From a virus: a DNA stretch of 46,495 nt. Below, in pieces: positions 23,683 through 32,226 of the stretch. The stretch is from positions 1 through 46,495 of IMG/VR virus record IMGVR_UViG_3300045988_032792; one strand, 5' to 3'. The notes under the pieces were generated by a model, which was not told the DNA's origin, did no database searches, and saw nothing but the letters and a program-made list of their open reading frames with translations. Every line of letters starts with the position of its first letter. The stretch's first letter is position 1. The position numbers and the translations under genes were made by a program.

Positions 23683-23841
23683 ATGTCTGAAAAAGAAAAA
23701 AGAATCGTTGAAAAGCTGAAAAACGCGATTCCTAATATGTCAGAATTTGACAAGGGATACATTCTTGGTAAGACAGAAAGTTTTTCCGAGAATAAGCCAG
23801 ATGATTCTGACCAGAAAGAAGAGACCAAGAAAGGAGCGTAA
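23683..23841 (+). CDS. Small acidic early protein (52 aa)
   Basis: RBS aaaggagtg. Product MSEKEKRIVEKLKNAIPNMSEFDKGYILGKTESF... Its stop abuts the next ATG (TAAATG). Below the ORF-track cutoff. Confidence 0.55.
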   Translation: MSEKEKRIVEKLKNAIPNMSEFDKGYILGKTESFSENKPDDSDQKEETKKGA

Positions 23842-24162
23842 ATGGACGCATTACAATTTAATAAAGCCGTCAGTCAGCACTGCAAAGAATCTGGAGGAGA
23901 CTGTTGCAAATGTGATCTACGGCTTTACTGTTACCTATCGCCCAGTGAGCGACCGGATGAGTTAGTGAGTTTGGTTATTGATTTTTTGCATAACCACATT
24001 GAAAACCATGATCATTATACCCATCACAGTGCGGCTTCATTTCCATGTATTGATGATATGGACATGAGCACCGCAGTAGGCGGCGGCTGTTACCAGAAAC
24101 CTCATACTCTTCATAAACATTCACGTGCTTGTGAATCTTGTGGCAGTGATACAGTCGAGTGA
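23842..24162 (+). CDS. Cys/His-rich early protein
   Basis: 106 aa. N-terminal CKESGGDCCKCDLRLYC motif. The 3' half overlaps a promoter-equipped antisense ORF. Confidence 0.5.
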   Translation: MDALQFNKAVSQHCKESGGDCCKCDLRLYCYLSPSERPDELVSLVIDFLHNHIENHDHYTHHSAASFPCIDDMDMSTAVGGGCYQKPHTLHKHSRACESCGSDTVE

Positions 24163-24175
24163 TTGTTTCAATCAT
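23975..24175 (-). CDS. Antisense small Cys/His-rich ORF (66 aa) with own promoter and RBS
   Basis: Minus-strand RBS aaaggagaa, 6 nt, ATG. Product MIETITRLYHCHKIHKHVN... Promoter at 24222-24251. May be a non-coding antisense RNA instead. Confidence 0.4.
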   Translation of the reverse strand: MIETITRLYHCHKIHKHVNVYEEYEVSGNSRRLLRCSCPYHQYMEMKPHCDGYNDHGFQCGYAKNQ

Positions 24176-24221
24176 ATAGTTCTCCTTTCTCAATACTCGG
24201 CATGGCGATGCCTGTAAATGC

Positions 24222-24251
24222 ATTATAGGTAGAGAAGAAAGGAAACGTCAA
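24222..24251 (-). promoter_or_regulatory. Near-consensus leftward promoter inside early region
   Basis: Minus strand reads TTGACG, 18 bp, TATAAT. Confidence 0.55.
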
Positions 24252-24268
24252 TAGAAAGGAAATCATCA

Positions 24269-24652
24269 ATGAAAAGAAAATTAACAGCAGTTTTATTAGC
24301 CGGAATCATGGCAACAGGCGTTACTGCTTGCTCAACAGCAAGTACAGTAAATTACAATCTCAACAAAGAAGCGGATGAGTTCAATGTGTACCGAAAAATC
24401 ACCGTAACTAATGCCAGAACCGACACTATCATGTTGCAGGCAGAAGGGTATATGTCTCTTAGCAATAACAGTAGCAATGAGCTTGTAATGACTGTCAAGA
24501 CAGGTGAGGATACATACTTCAAGGATTACATCTACTTGAACGACTGGACATGTTATGTAATGGAGCAAACAGAGCCAAACACGGTAGACAAATACCATTA
24601 TGAATTAGTTTTCTATCCGGAAAGAATTATTCCAAATGTAGAAATCAAATAA
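24269..24652 (+). CDS. Lipoprotein (beta-sandwich type, putative)
   Basis: Signal peptide plus lipobox LLAGIMATGVTAC. Confidence 0.8.
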   Translation: MKRKLTAVLLAGIMATGVTACSTASTVNYNLNKEADEFNVYRKITVTNARTDTIMLQAEGYMSLSNNSSNELVMTVKTGEDTYFKDYIYLNDWTCYVMEQTEPNTVDKYHYELVFYPERIIPNVEIK

Positions 24653-24677
24653 AAATTCCAGAAGAAAAGGAGAGTGA

Positions 24678-25007
24678 ATGGATATGGAAGCCGAAAACTA
24701 TGTAGCTGCTACGGCTCAGGTACATGATTTTGCTTATGAAGTAGCAAGGATCCTGGCAGATACTGTAGTTCCGGAGTTTTCCAGCGAGCCGATCAATGTC
24801 GAGGACGCTGCTAAACTGATCGGAATGAAGCCGGCTCAGGTCCGTGCAGGAATCCAGTATGGATGGCTGCCAATCGGTATTGCTACAAACAATGGGAAAA
24901 TAATCAAGGGTAAATCTAACCTGAGATTAAACTTTACAATCTTTCCAAGGAAGATCTGGGAAATTACTGGACATATATGGAAAGGAAAGGAAGCATTAGA
25001 AAAGTGA
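24678..25007 (+). CDS. Putative DNA-binding (HTH-like) protein
   Basis: 109 aa. INVEDAAKLIGMKPAQVRAGIQYGWLP resembles excisionase/MerR-type HTHs. Confidence 0.55.
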   Translation: MDMEAENYVAATAQVHDFAYEVARILADTVVPEFSSEPINVEDAAKLIGMKPAQVRAGIQYGWLPIGIATNNGKIIKGKSNLRLNFTIFPRKIWEITGHIWKGKEALEK

Positions 25008-25137
25008 AGTGCCCCGGGCGGAGGTGGATCTCCAACCCAGAGCAATGAACCCACTAACCATCACTTAGTGGATACGGTTATATTATAATCCTCTGTCCGC
25101 TAAATATCAATATTAAGAGAGGAAAAAATATAACAAA

Positions 25138-25323
25138 ATGAAAGAAAATATGACAAAACAGAATAATGAAAAGATTACATGGGAAGATATCGAGGTTTCC
25201 TTGGCGTCTGAAATTGTAAGAAAAGCGAAAAGAGAGACAAAAAAGTGGTTCAGTGCATGGCTTTTGACTGCCGCGCTGTTAATCATTACTAATATCTTTT
25301 GGTATATTGCTTACAATCTGTAA
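25138..25323 (+). CDS. Small membrane protein
   Basis: 61 aa with a C-terminal TM segment WLLTAALLIITNIFWYIAY. Confidence 0.5.
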   Translation: MKENMTKQNNEKITWEDIEVSLASEIVRKAKRETKKWFSAWLLTAALLIITNIFWYIAYNL

Positions 25324-25348
25324 TCTTTTTCTTTTTGGAGGGAAAAGA

Positions 25349-25504
25349 ATGAAATCACCTAGACAGAACAGAAAGGATATCGTAGTCAGTTCGATTATTG
25401 GGATTCTGTTTACTTTTCTACCCTGTTGGATATGGGGAGATGTTGCATCTCAGGTCCTGGGATGCGTAGTATTCGCACTGTTTACGTATCTGGCTTTACT
25501 TTGA
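25349..25504 (+). CDS. Small membrane protein
   Basis: ATG after ggaggga, chosen over the track start 25307. Two hydrophobic segments. Confidence 0.5.
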   Translation: MKSPRQNRKDIVVSSIIGILFTFLPCWIWGDVASQVLGCVVFALFTYLALL

Positions 25505-25519
25505 GAAAGGAGCAGAAAC

Positions 25520-25783
25520 ATGAAGGAGGAACAGATCAGAGAGCTTTTTGAGCTTACAATGAGGGTCGCAAATGAAACTAACCATCATGTACACTATGAG
25601 CTTTCCGCAATGGGGAGCGGGACGATGCTTATACTATGCCATGTAAATAGAGTTTCTGGAAAAATCATCAAAAGATTTGAAGTATATCTAAATTACAACC
25701 TTCTTTCTGAACAGAAGAGAGGATACCAGGCGGCGAAAGAGTATATTTCTGGTCTTTTGGAAGATGGGAGGTGCCCTAAATGA
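25520..25783 (+). CDS. Hypothetical protein
   Basis: 87-aa ORF with RBS aaaggag. Confidence 0.6.
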   Translation: MKEEQIRELFELTMRVANETNHHVHYELSAMGSGTMLILCHVNRVSGKIIKRFEVYLNYNLLSEQKRGYQAAKEYISGLLEDGRCPK

Positions 25784-25903
25784 ACTTCACTGGCAACGGA
25801 GATATAAAGGATGAATACCTGGAAATCATTACGCATAGACATTACGGGCCAATAAAAAGACAAGCAAACAACTATAGATTAGCAGAAAGAGAGGAAAATA
25901 AGA

Positions 25904-26365
25904 ATGAATCTGTACGAAATCGAAAATGAAATTCTTAATTGCGTAGATATGGAAACAGGGGAAATCGTAGATATTGAAAAGCTTGAATCTCTGCAGATGG
26001 AAAGAGATCAGAAAATCGAGAACATCGGTTGCTGGATCAAGAACCTTCTGGCAGATGCAAAAGCATTAAAAGAAGAAAAAGATAACCTTGCAGCACGTCA
26101 AAAAGTTGCTGAGAACAAAGCAGCTTCATTAAAAGAATTTCTTTCAAAATATCTGGACGGTGAGAAATTTAAGACTGCAAAGGTATCAATTTCTTACAGA
26201 AAAAGTGATTCTGTAGATATTTCAGCGAATGCAACTGTTCCTGAGGAGTTCCTTAAATATGCAGAGCCTACACCTGACAAAATCGGATTGAAAGTGGCAT
26301 TGAAAGCTGGAAAAGAGTTTCCGGGAATTTTACTGAAAACTTCTCGGACTATTCAGATTAAGTAG
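25904..26365 (+). CDS. Siphovirus Gp157-family protein
   Basis: MNLYEIENEILNCVDMETGEI...coiled coil...ISYRKS pattern. Typical position upstream of a recombinase gene. Confidence 0.8.
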   Translation: MNLYEIENEILNCVDMETGEIVDIEKLESLQMERDQKIENIGCWIKNLLADAKALKEEKDNLAARQKVAENKAASLKEFLSKYLDGEKFKTAKVSISYRKSDSVDISANATVPEEFLKYAEPTPDKIGLKVALKAGKEFPGILLKTSRTIQIK

Positions 26366-26374
26366 GAGGACGCA

Positions 26375-26575
26375 ATGAGTAATTTTGAAATCCGTATTCC
26401 AGCGAGAAAGAAACAGCCTGCAACTGATAAGGATAACCCGGTTGTGAAAGTATCACCGGAAGCGTACAACGCACTGGTTGAGATTTATAACGAATCAACT
26501 ATATCTATGAAAGACATTGCAAGTTTACTGATTGTAGAAGCCAGTAAGTGCGTGGTCTATGACAAGGGGGATTGA
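26375..26575 (+). CDS. Hypothetical protein
   Basis: 66-aa ORF with RBS taggagga. Confidence 0.55.
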   Translation: MSNFEIRIPARKKQPATDKDNPVVKVSPEAYNALVEIYNESTISMKDIASLLIVEASKCVVYDKGD

Positions 26576-27210
26576 AATTGAATATCTATGAAAAATTAGG
26601 AGTTATCCAGTCAAAGCTGAAAGCCCCAAAAGGGCAGTATAACTCATTTGGGAAATATAAATACAGAAGTTGTGAGGACATTCTTGAAGCAGTAAAGCCG
26701 CTTCTGGCAGAAACAAAGACAGTATTATGTATCACTGATCAGATGGAAGTGGTCGGGGACAGAATCTATGTAAGAGCAGAAACGCATTTAAAAGATGCAG
26801 AGGATTCTTCTTCTGAAATCGTAACAGTTGCTTATGCAAGGGAAGAAGAGTCAAAAAAAGGCATGGATTCTTCCCAGGTTACAGGCGCAGCGTCATCTTA
26901 TGCAAGAAAGTATGCACTGAATGGTTTGTTCTGCATTGATGATAACAAAGACAGTGATTCTACTAATACGGGCAGCAGCGGAAAAACAGCAGCTAAAAAG
27001 CCAGAATCAAAAGAACCTGTTGAGATGATTACTTCAGAAAATGTAATGAGCATCCAGAACATCATTGACAAATATCCGAATTCTAACTTGTTTGAACAGA
27101 TTAAAACTCGTTTCAAGGTAGACGATGTGAAAGGACTCACAAAAGAAAAAGGGCAAAAATGTCTCAAAATGTTGATTGAGTACGATAAACAGCATAGTGG
27201 AAAGGAATAA
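26572..27210 (+). CDS. ERF-family single-strand annealing recombinase
   Basis: TTG start overlapping the upstream stop. IYEKLGVIQSKLKAPKGQYNSFGKYKYRSCEDILEAVKPLL and SYARKYALNGLF are ERF hallmarks. Confidence 0.85.
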   Translation: MKLNIYEKLGVIQSKLKAPKGQYNSFGKYKYRSCEDILEAVKPLLAETKTVLCITDQMEVVGDRIYVRAETHLKDAEDSSSEIVTVAYAREEESKKGMDSSQVTGAASSYARKYALNGLFCIDDNKDSDSTNTGSSGKTAAKKPESKEPVEMITSENVMSIQNIIDKYPNSNLFEQIKTRFKVDDVKGLTKEKGQKCLKMLIEYDKQHSGKE

Positions 27211-27213
27211 AAA

Positions 27214-27636
27214 ATGAACAAAGTTATTCTTACAGGACGATTTACAAGAGATCCAGAAGTCAGATATACAAATGATGGAGCATCAATCGCAAGATTTTCC
27301 ATTGCAGTCAATAGAAGATTTGTAAAAGAGGGTTCTGATCAGAAAGCGGACTTCCTTAATTGTGTTGCATTTGGAAAGTCTGCGGAGTTTATTGAAAAAT
27401 ACTTCACAAAAGGAATGAAAGCAGATTTATCTGGAAGAATCCAGACGGGATCCTATACAAATAAAGACGGCGTGAAGATATATACAACAGATATTGTTGT
27501 AGAGGAAATCGAATTCGGCGAAAGTAAAGGTTCTTCACAGGCACAGACATCATCGCCTACACCGAATCCAGAAGCCGACCCGGACGGCTTTATGAGCATT
27601 CCTGATGGTATCGACGAGGAGATGCCATTTAATTGA
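27214..27636 (+). CDS. ssb: Single-stranded DNA-binding protein
   Basis: MNKVILTGRFTRDPEVRYT OB-fold N-terminus and acidic tail DEEMPF. Confidence 0.92.
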   Translation: MNKVILTGRFTRDPEVRYTNDGASIARFSIAVNRRFVKEGSDQKADFLNCVAFGKSAEFIEKYFTKGMKADLSGRIQTGSYTNKDGVKIYTTDIVVEEIEFGESKGSSQAQTSSPTPNPEADPDGFMSIPDGIDEEMPFN

Positions 27637-28133
27637 TACAGATTGATAGCAGAGAACATCAGAAAGTTATTGATGGCATTAAAAAGGCATTTGACGAGGC
27701 AGGGGAAAAATGGTTCGTGTCAAAGCTGTATGTGGGTGATTACATGAATTATGATAACCCGCGTTTAGTAGTTGATAGAAAGCAGAACCTTGCAGAGTTA
27801 TGCGGAAATGTATGCCAGCAGCATGAAAGATTCCGATCTGAAATTATCCGGGCAAATGAAGCAGGAATAAAACTTGTCTTCTTATGTGAACACGGGAAAG
27901 GAATCGAAAAGCTGGACGATGTTCTCTGGTGGGAGAATCCCAGGGCGAAGAAGCGGGTTAAGAAAAATGGTATCTGGATTGAGCAAGAACAGAAAGTTAT
28001 GCACGGCGATACGCTGTACAAAATTCTATGCACAATGCAGAGAAAATATGGCGTTGAGTTCCTATTTTGTGACAAGAAAAATACTGGAAAACGAATAATA
28101 GAGATTCTGTCGGATGGACAAAGAAACAATTAA
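27633..28133 (+). CDS. ERCC4/Mus81-like PD-(D/E)xK nuclease (putative resolvase)
   Basis: IDSREH...GDYM...VVDRK...AEL pattern. TTG start overlapping the ssb stop. Confidence 0.65.
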   Translation: MIQIDSREHQKVIDGIKKAFDEAGEKWFVSKLYVGDYMNYDNPRLVVDRKQNLAELCGNVCQQHERFRSEIIRANEAGIKLVFLCEHGKGIEKLDDVLWWENPRAKKRVKKNGIWIEQEQKVMHGDTLYKILCTMQRKYGVEFLFCDKKNTGKRIIEILSDGQRNN

Positions 28134-28605
28134 ACAGCAGAACAGTATGAGAGATGTTCTTTCCAGATACGCAATGATTCCGAACAGAGCTGGTTTCATC
28201 AGTTGCCCATTTCATTCCGGTGACCGTACTGCTTCAATGAAAATTTACAAAGACAGCTACTATTGCTTCGGATGTGGCGCGACAGGAGATATTTTTACTT
28301 TTGTCCAGAACATGGATAATTGCGATTTTAAGACAGCCTTTCAGATTCTTGGCGGAACATACCATAAACCTGATTTTTCGTCCAGAATGGCAATATATCA
28401 CGCTCAGAAGCAAAAAGAAATGAGAGAGAAAGCAGAGCGGAAGAAAAGCGAAGAATTGCAGGAATGTTTGTCCGATATTGATTTTTACAGGTCTATTCTT
28501 GGCAGAGTAAGGCCATTATCAGATGGCTGGTGTGAAGCATGGAACAAATTACAGCTTGCATTATATAAGCATGGATTCATAACAGGATTGGAAGAAGGTG
28601 ATTAA
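28114..28605 (+). CDS. CHC2 zinc-finger (DnaG-type primase finger) protein
   Basis: CPFHSGDRTASMKIY...YYCFGCGATGDIFTF. Confidence 0.8.
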   Translation: MDKETIKQQNSMRDVLSRYAMIPNRAGFISCPFHSGDRTASMKIYKDSYYCFGCGATGDIFTFVQNMDNCDFKTAFQILGGTYHKPDFSSRMAIYHAQKQKEMREKAERKKSEELQECLSDIDFYRSILGRVRPLSDGWCEAWNKLQLALYKHGFITGLEEGD

Positions 28606-28608
28606 TAC

Positions 28609-30510
28609 GTGGAAATGATAAACAAGCTCACGAAGGATTCTATTCTGGACGAAGAAGTGTTTGACGAGATATTCAGCCAGGAAGACGAGATATACAAGGC
28701 ACGTCTTACACTGACTCTTCTGGATAGGGCCAAGGAGCTTGGCGTAAAGAAAAAATTCGAAGATTTGCTTAAAGCATACACTAAAGTACAGAAGCAGATG
28801 ATCGAGAAAGAGAAAAGCAATAGGACGTTGTCTATGCTGGACCAGTGGACTAATTTCTCTGATTGTGAATATGACAGAATGAAGTGCCTTAACTGGGTGG
28901 CGGACGATGATGGGATTAGAATATCAAACACAAATCCAGGATCTCCGGACATTATAGCTTGTTATCACCCTATACTTCCAATAGAGCGAATGAAGAATCT
29001 GGAGACTGGAGAAGAACAGATAAAGCTAATCTATAAGAGAAATAATAAATGGTCCGAGGTTATTGTACCGAAAACTATGGTTGCATCAGCCAGTAAAATT
29101 GTTGGTTTATCCGCGCTTGGTATTTCAGTGACTTCTGAGAATGCGAAGTTCCTTGTCCGGTATCTGTCAGACGTAGAAAATGCCAATGATGATTATATCA
29201 ACATCCAATATTCCTCTAGTAAAATCGGGTGGATTCGAGATTATTTCTTACCCTATGACAAGGATATCGTATTTGATGGCGATATGAGATTTCGGCAGTT
29301 ATACGAAAGTATCAGTGTAGGTGGTAGCAGAGCAGAGTGGTATGAACATGTAAAAAGGGTTCGCGCTACTGGAAGAATCGAACCGAAAATCATGCTAGCT
29401 GCAAGTTTTGCAAGCATTCTAATTAAACTTGTCGGTGCCCTTCCGTTCTTTGTGGACTTATGGGGTGAAACCGAGGGTGGTAAGACTGTAACACTTATGC
29501 TAGGAGCTTCTGTCTGGGCGAACCCTGGCGAATCCAGATACATAGGAGATTTTAAAACAACCGATGTGGCCCTGGAAGCAAAGTCCGATATGCTTAACAA
29601 TCTTCCATTAATTCTGGATGATACTTCAAAGGTGTCGGCTAAAATCCGAGATAATTTCGAAGGAATTGTATATGACCTGTGTTCTGGAAAAGGAAAGAGC
29701 CGTTCCAACAAGGAGCTGGGTGTTAACCGGGAGAATCGCTGGCAGAATTGTATCCTTACTAACGGTGAACGTCCACTGGCCGGGTATGTCAGCCAGGGCG
29801 GAGCGATTAACCGAATTATTGAGGTTGAGTGCTCTGAAAAGATATTTGATGATCCGCAGCTTACCGCAGATACCCTTAAAAAGAATTACGGGTACGCAGG
29901 AATTGATTTTGTGAATGCAGTTAAGAAAATGTCCGTTGATGATATAAAATCCCTTCAAAAGCACTATCAAGGGCTTATACAGGACGATGATAAGATGCAG
30001 AAGCAAAGCATATCAATGAGCATTATCCTGGCAGCAGATAAGATTGCAACAGATCAGCTATTCCATGATGGTCAATACATTGACATCGAGACAGCAAAGA
30101 ACCTCCTGATAGAGAAAGAAATGGTTTCCGAAAACGAACGCGCTTACTGGTTCGTGGTTGATAAGATCGCTATGAACGGAATTAAATTCGATGATAACCC
30201 GGATGTTAAGACAGAAAAATGGGGAGTTATTGACAATGATCCGGTAGAGAAGACATCAACTGCAATAATCTATAGCGCAGCGTTTGATGATCTGTGTAAA
30301 ATTGGAAGATTCTCCAGAAAGGCATTCTTGTCATGGGCTGTTAAGAAAGGGCTTGTGGAAACCGACAGCAGGGGTTATCCGACCAAAGCGAAGAAGTTGG
30401 ACGGAATTGTCACCAAATGTGTGTTCTTGAAAATTGTAGATGAAATTCCGAAAGGATTCGTGAATTGCAATGATAATTTTGAGATTACGGACGATATTGT
30501 GTTTGATTGA
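28609..30510 (+). CDS. DUF927-type P-loop replicative helicase/primase-associated protein
   Basis: 633 aa. Walker A WGETEGGKT, then GASVWANPG...TDVALE...LILDD, as in DUF927 proteins. Confidence 0.75.
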   Translation: MEMINKLTKDSILDEEVFDEIFSQEDEIYKARLTLTLLDRAKELGVKKKFEDLLKAYTKVQKQMIEKEKSNRTLSMLDQWTNFSDCEYDRMKCLNWVADDDGIRISNTNPGSPDIIACYHPILPIERMKNLETGEEQIKLIYKRNNKWSEVIVPKTMVASASKIVGLSALGISVTSENAKFLVRYLSDVENANDDYINIQYSSSKIGWIRDYFLPYDKDIVFDGDMRFRQLYESISVGGSRAEWYEHVKRVRATGRIEPKIMLAASFASILIKLVGALPFFVDLWGETEGGKTVTLMLGASVWANPGESRYIGDFKTTDVALEAKSDMLNNLPLILDDTSKVSAKIRDNFEGIVYDLCSGKGKSRSNKELGVNRENRWQNCILTNGERPLAGYVSQGGAINRIIEVECSEKIFDDPQLTADTLKKNYGYAGIDFVNAVKKMSVDDIKSLQKHYQGLIQDDDKMQKQSISMSIILAADKIATDQLFHDGQYIDIETAKNLLIEKEMVSENERAYWFVVDKIAMNGIKFDDNPDVKTEKWGVIDNDPVEKTSTAIIYSAAFDDLCKIGRFSRKAFLSWAVKKGLVETDSRGYPTKAKKLDGIVTKCVFLKIVDEIPKGFVNCNDNFEITDDIVFD

Positions 30511-30528
30511 TAGACAATTCGTCCAAAA

Positions 30529-30714
30529 GGTAACCGGGTAACCTAGGTAACCTTTGATTCTGCATATATATATTTGAGTATTTATATGCACATATTGAGT
30601 ATAAAAGTTTCCACATATGAGAAAGTCAGGGTTACTCGGTTACTCGGTTACCTACCAGTAAAATCAAGGGTTTGCGGATTTTTGAACGGTTACGTTTCGG
30701 TTACGGACGGTTAC
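30529..30714. other. Putative origin of replication: inverted GGTTAC(C) iterons flanking an AT-rich core
   Basis: Three GGTAACC copies at 30529-35, 30537-43 and 30546-52. AT-rich core with TTGAGTAT twice. Six (C)GGTTAC copies at 30630, 30638, 30646, 30688, 30699 and 30709. Confidence 0.65.
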
Positions 30715-30733
30715 TCAATAAAGAAGGTGGAAA

Positions 30734-30985
30734 ATGAAAGTAGAAGCAAAAGATATTCCTATCATACAAAGATTCATGACGGAATATTGGAAAGCTATAA
30801 AAGAATTCTACTCAGTAGAGATTACAGATGAATATTCTAAGCAAGCTTCTGATAAATTAATTTGGCTTGGAGAGATTAGTGGTATCTGTACAAATAAGCA
30901 TGATAAAGAGTTTATCCAAGACTGCATAAATGCCTTGGAAAAGCTCCTGGATTTTAAGCAGAGAGAAATGAGGATAAACCAATGA
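30734..30985 (+). CDS. Hypothetical protein
   Basis: 83-aa ORF with RBS gaaggtgg. Confidence 0.6.
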   Translation: MKVEAKDIPIIQRFMTEYWKAIKEFYSVEITDEYSKQASDKLIWLGEISGICTNKHDKEFIQDCINALEKLLDFKQREMRINQ

Positions 30986-31365
30986 ACAAAATGAAGGAGT
31001 ATGAGCGAGGAAGAGAAGACGGTCTTGATCTGGTACTCAGAATTGTTAGAGATGGCGGTATAGAAGCACTTGAGAGGGAAATAAAATTTAGAGGCATTAC
31101 AGGAGTACATACCTCTTTAGCCAGTAAAGACCTGGATAAGGCAGCACAGAAAATCAAAAAAATGACACTTGATACATTTACAATCCTTGGAATTGCAGTG
31201 CTGCATGATTGCTTTGGCTTCGGTCAGATACGCTGTCAGAGATTTATGGATGGCATGGACATGGGAGCTGAGTACCTTGCAGAAGATCTGGTAACATGGC
31301 CGGACTATATCAACAGTATCAAGGAGCAGATCGGAATTGATCTGGAGATTAGATGGAATAATTAA
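30982..31365 (+). CDS. Hypothetical protein
   Basis: 127-aa ORF. Start overlaps the upstream stop. Confidence 0.6.
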   Translation: MNKMKEYERGREDGLDLVLRIVRDGGIEALEREIKFRGITGVHTSLASKDLDKAAQKIKKMTLDTFTILGIAVLHDCFGFGQIRCQRFMDGMDMGAEYLAEDLVTWPDYINSIKEQIGIDLEIRWNN

Positions 31366-31419
31366 GAGAAAGGAGCCAGCCTCCGGCCGGGGTAAGGGTA
31401 TACCGGGCTTCTTGAAAAG

Positions 31420-32226
31420 ATGAAACAGGTTTTGAAATATCCGGGAGCGAAATGCCGATTGGCTCGATGGATTGTTAATAATATGCCGAAACATAGTGTG
31501 TACCTAGAACCATATGCAGGCAGCCTATCAGTTTTATTAAATAAACCTCGTTCCCACATAGAAACGGTAAATGATCTGCATGGCGAGGTAGTAAATTTTT
31601 TCCGGGTGCTGAGAGATAAGCCCTATGAATTAAAGCGACTGCTAGAGTTTACCCCGTATAGCAGAGAAGAGTATGATTTGGCTTATCAAGAATCGGAAAA
31701 TGAAATTGAAAGAGCCAGACGATTTTGTGTAAGATGCTGGCAGGGATTCGGTTGCGCGAATTTGTACCACAATGGATTTAAGAGCGGGCAACAATCAAAC
31801 AGCCCGAACCCAGCAAAAGCATGGGCAGAGTATCCAGATATTATCATCCCGGCAGCAGAGCGGATGAAAGGCGTTCAGATTGAGAACCTTCCTGCGATTG
31901 AGCTTATTAAAAGATATAACACATCAGATGTATTCATCTATGCAGATCCTCCATATTTGCACAGCACCAGAAAGAAATATTTGTACAAATATGAAATGAC
32001 AGACAACGATCACTTGGAGATGCTGGATGTGTTGATGCGTCATCCTGGCCCGGTAATGATAAGCGGTTATGAAAATGATTTATATAATTCCGCGCTTAAA
32101 GGCTGGATCAAAATAAAAAAGGATGCACAGGCAGAGGGCGGAACTAAAAGAGAAGAGTGCTTGTGGATGAATTACGCTGATACGCAGTTATCGTTCGAAG
32201 TAAATTTCCCGGAGATAATGCCATGA
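31420..32226 (+). CDS. N6-adenine DNA methyltransferase (D12/Dam-like), orphan
   Basis: KYPGAK, EPYAGSLSV and DPPY motifs. No adjacent endonuclease gene. Confidence 0.9.
   Translation: MKQVLKYPGAKCRLARWIVNNMPKHSVYLEPYAGSLSVLLNKPRSHIETVNDLHGEVVNFFRVLRDKPYELKRLLEFTPYSREEYDLAYQESENEIERARRFCVRCWQGFGCANLYHNGFKSGQQSNSPNPAKAWAEYPDIIIPAAERMKGVQIENLPAIELIKRYNTSDVFIYADPPYLHSTRKKYLYKYEMTDNDHLEMLDVLMRHPGPVMISGYENDLYNSALKGWIKIKKDAQAEGGTKREECLWMNYADTQLSFEVNFPEIMP

Noticed and set aside
30529-30714. GGTTAC repeat cluster as a mini CRISPR array
   Set aside because: The repeats are 6-7 nt with 1-5 nt or irregular spacing and sit in two inverted blocks. This is an iteron pattern, not 24-40-nt repeats with unique spacers.
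30574-30831. 85-aa track ORF across the non-coding gap after the helicase gene
   Set aside because: It spans the iterons and the AT-rich core, has no RBS, and overlaps the well-initiated gene 30734-30985.
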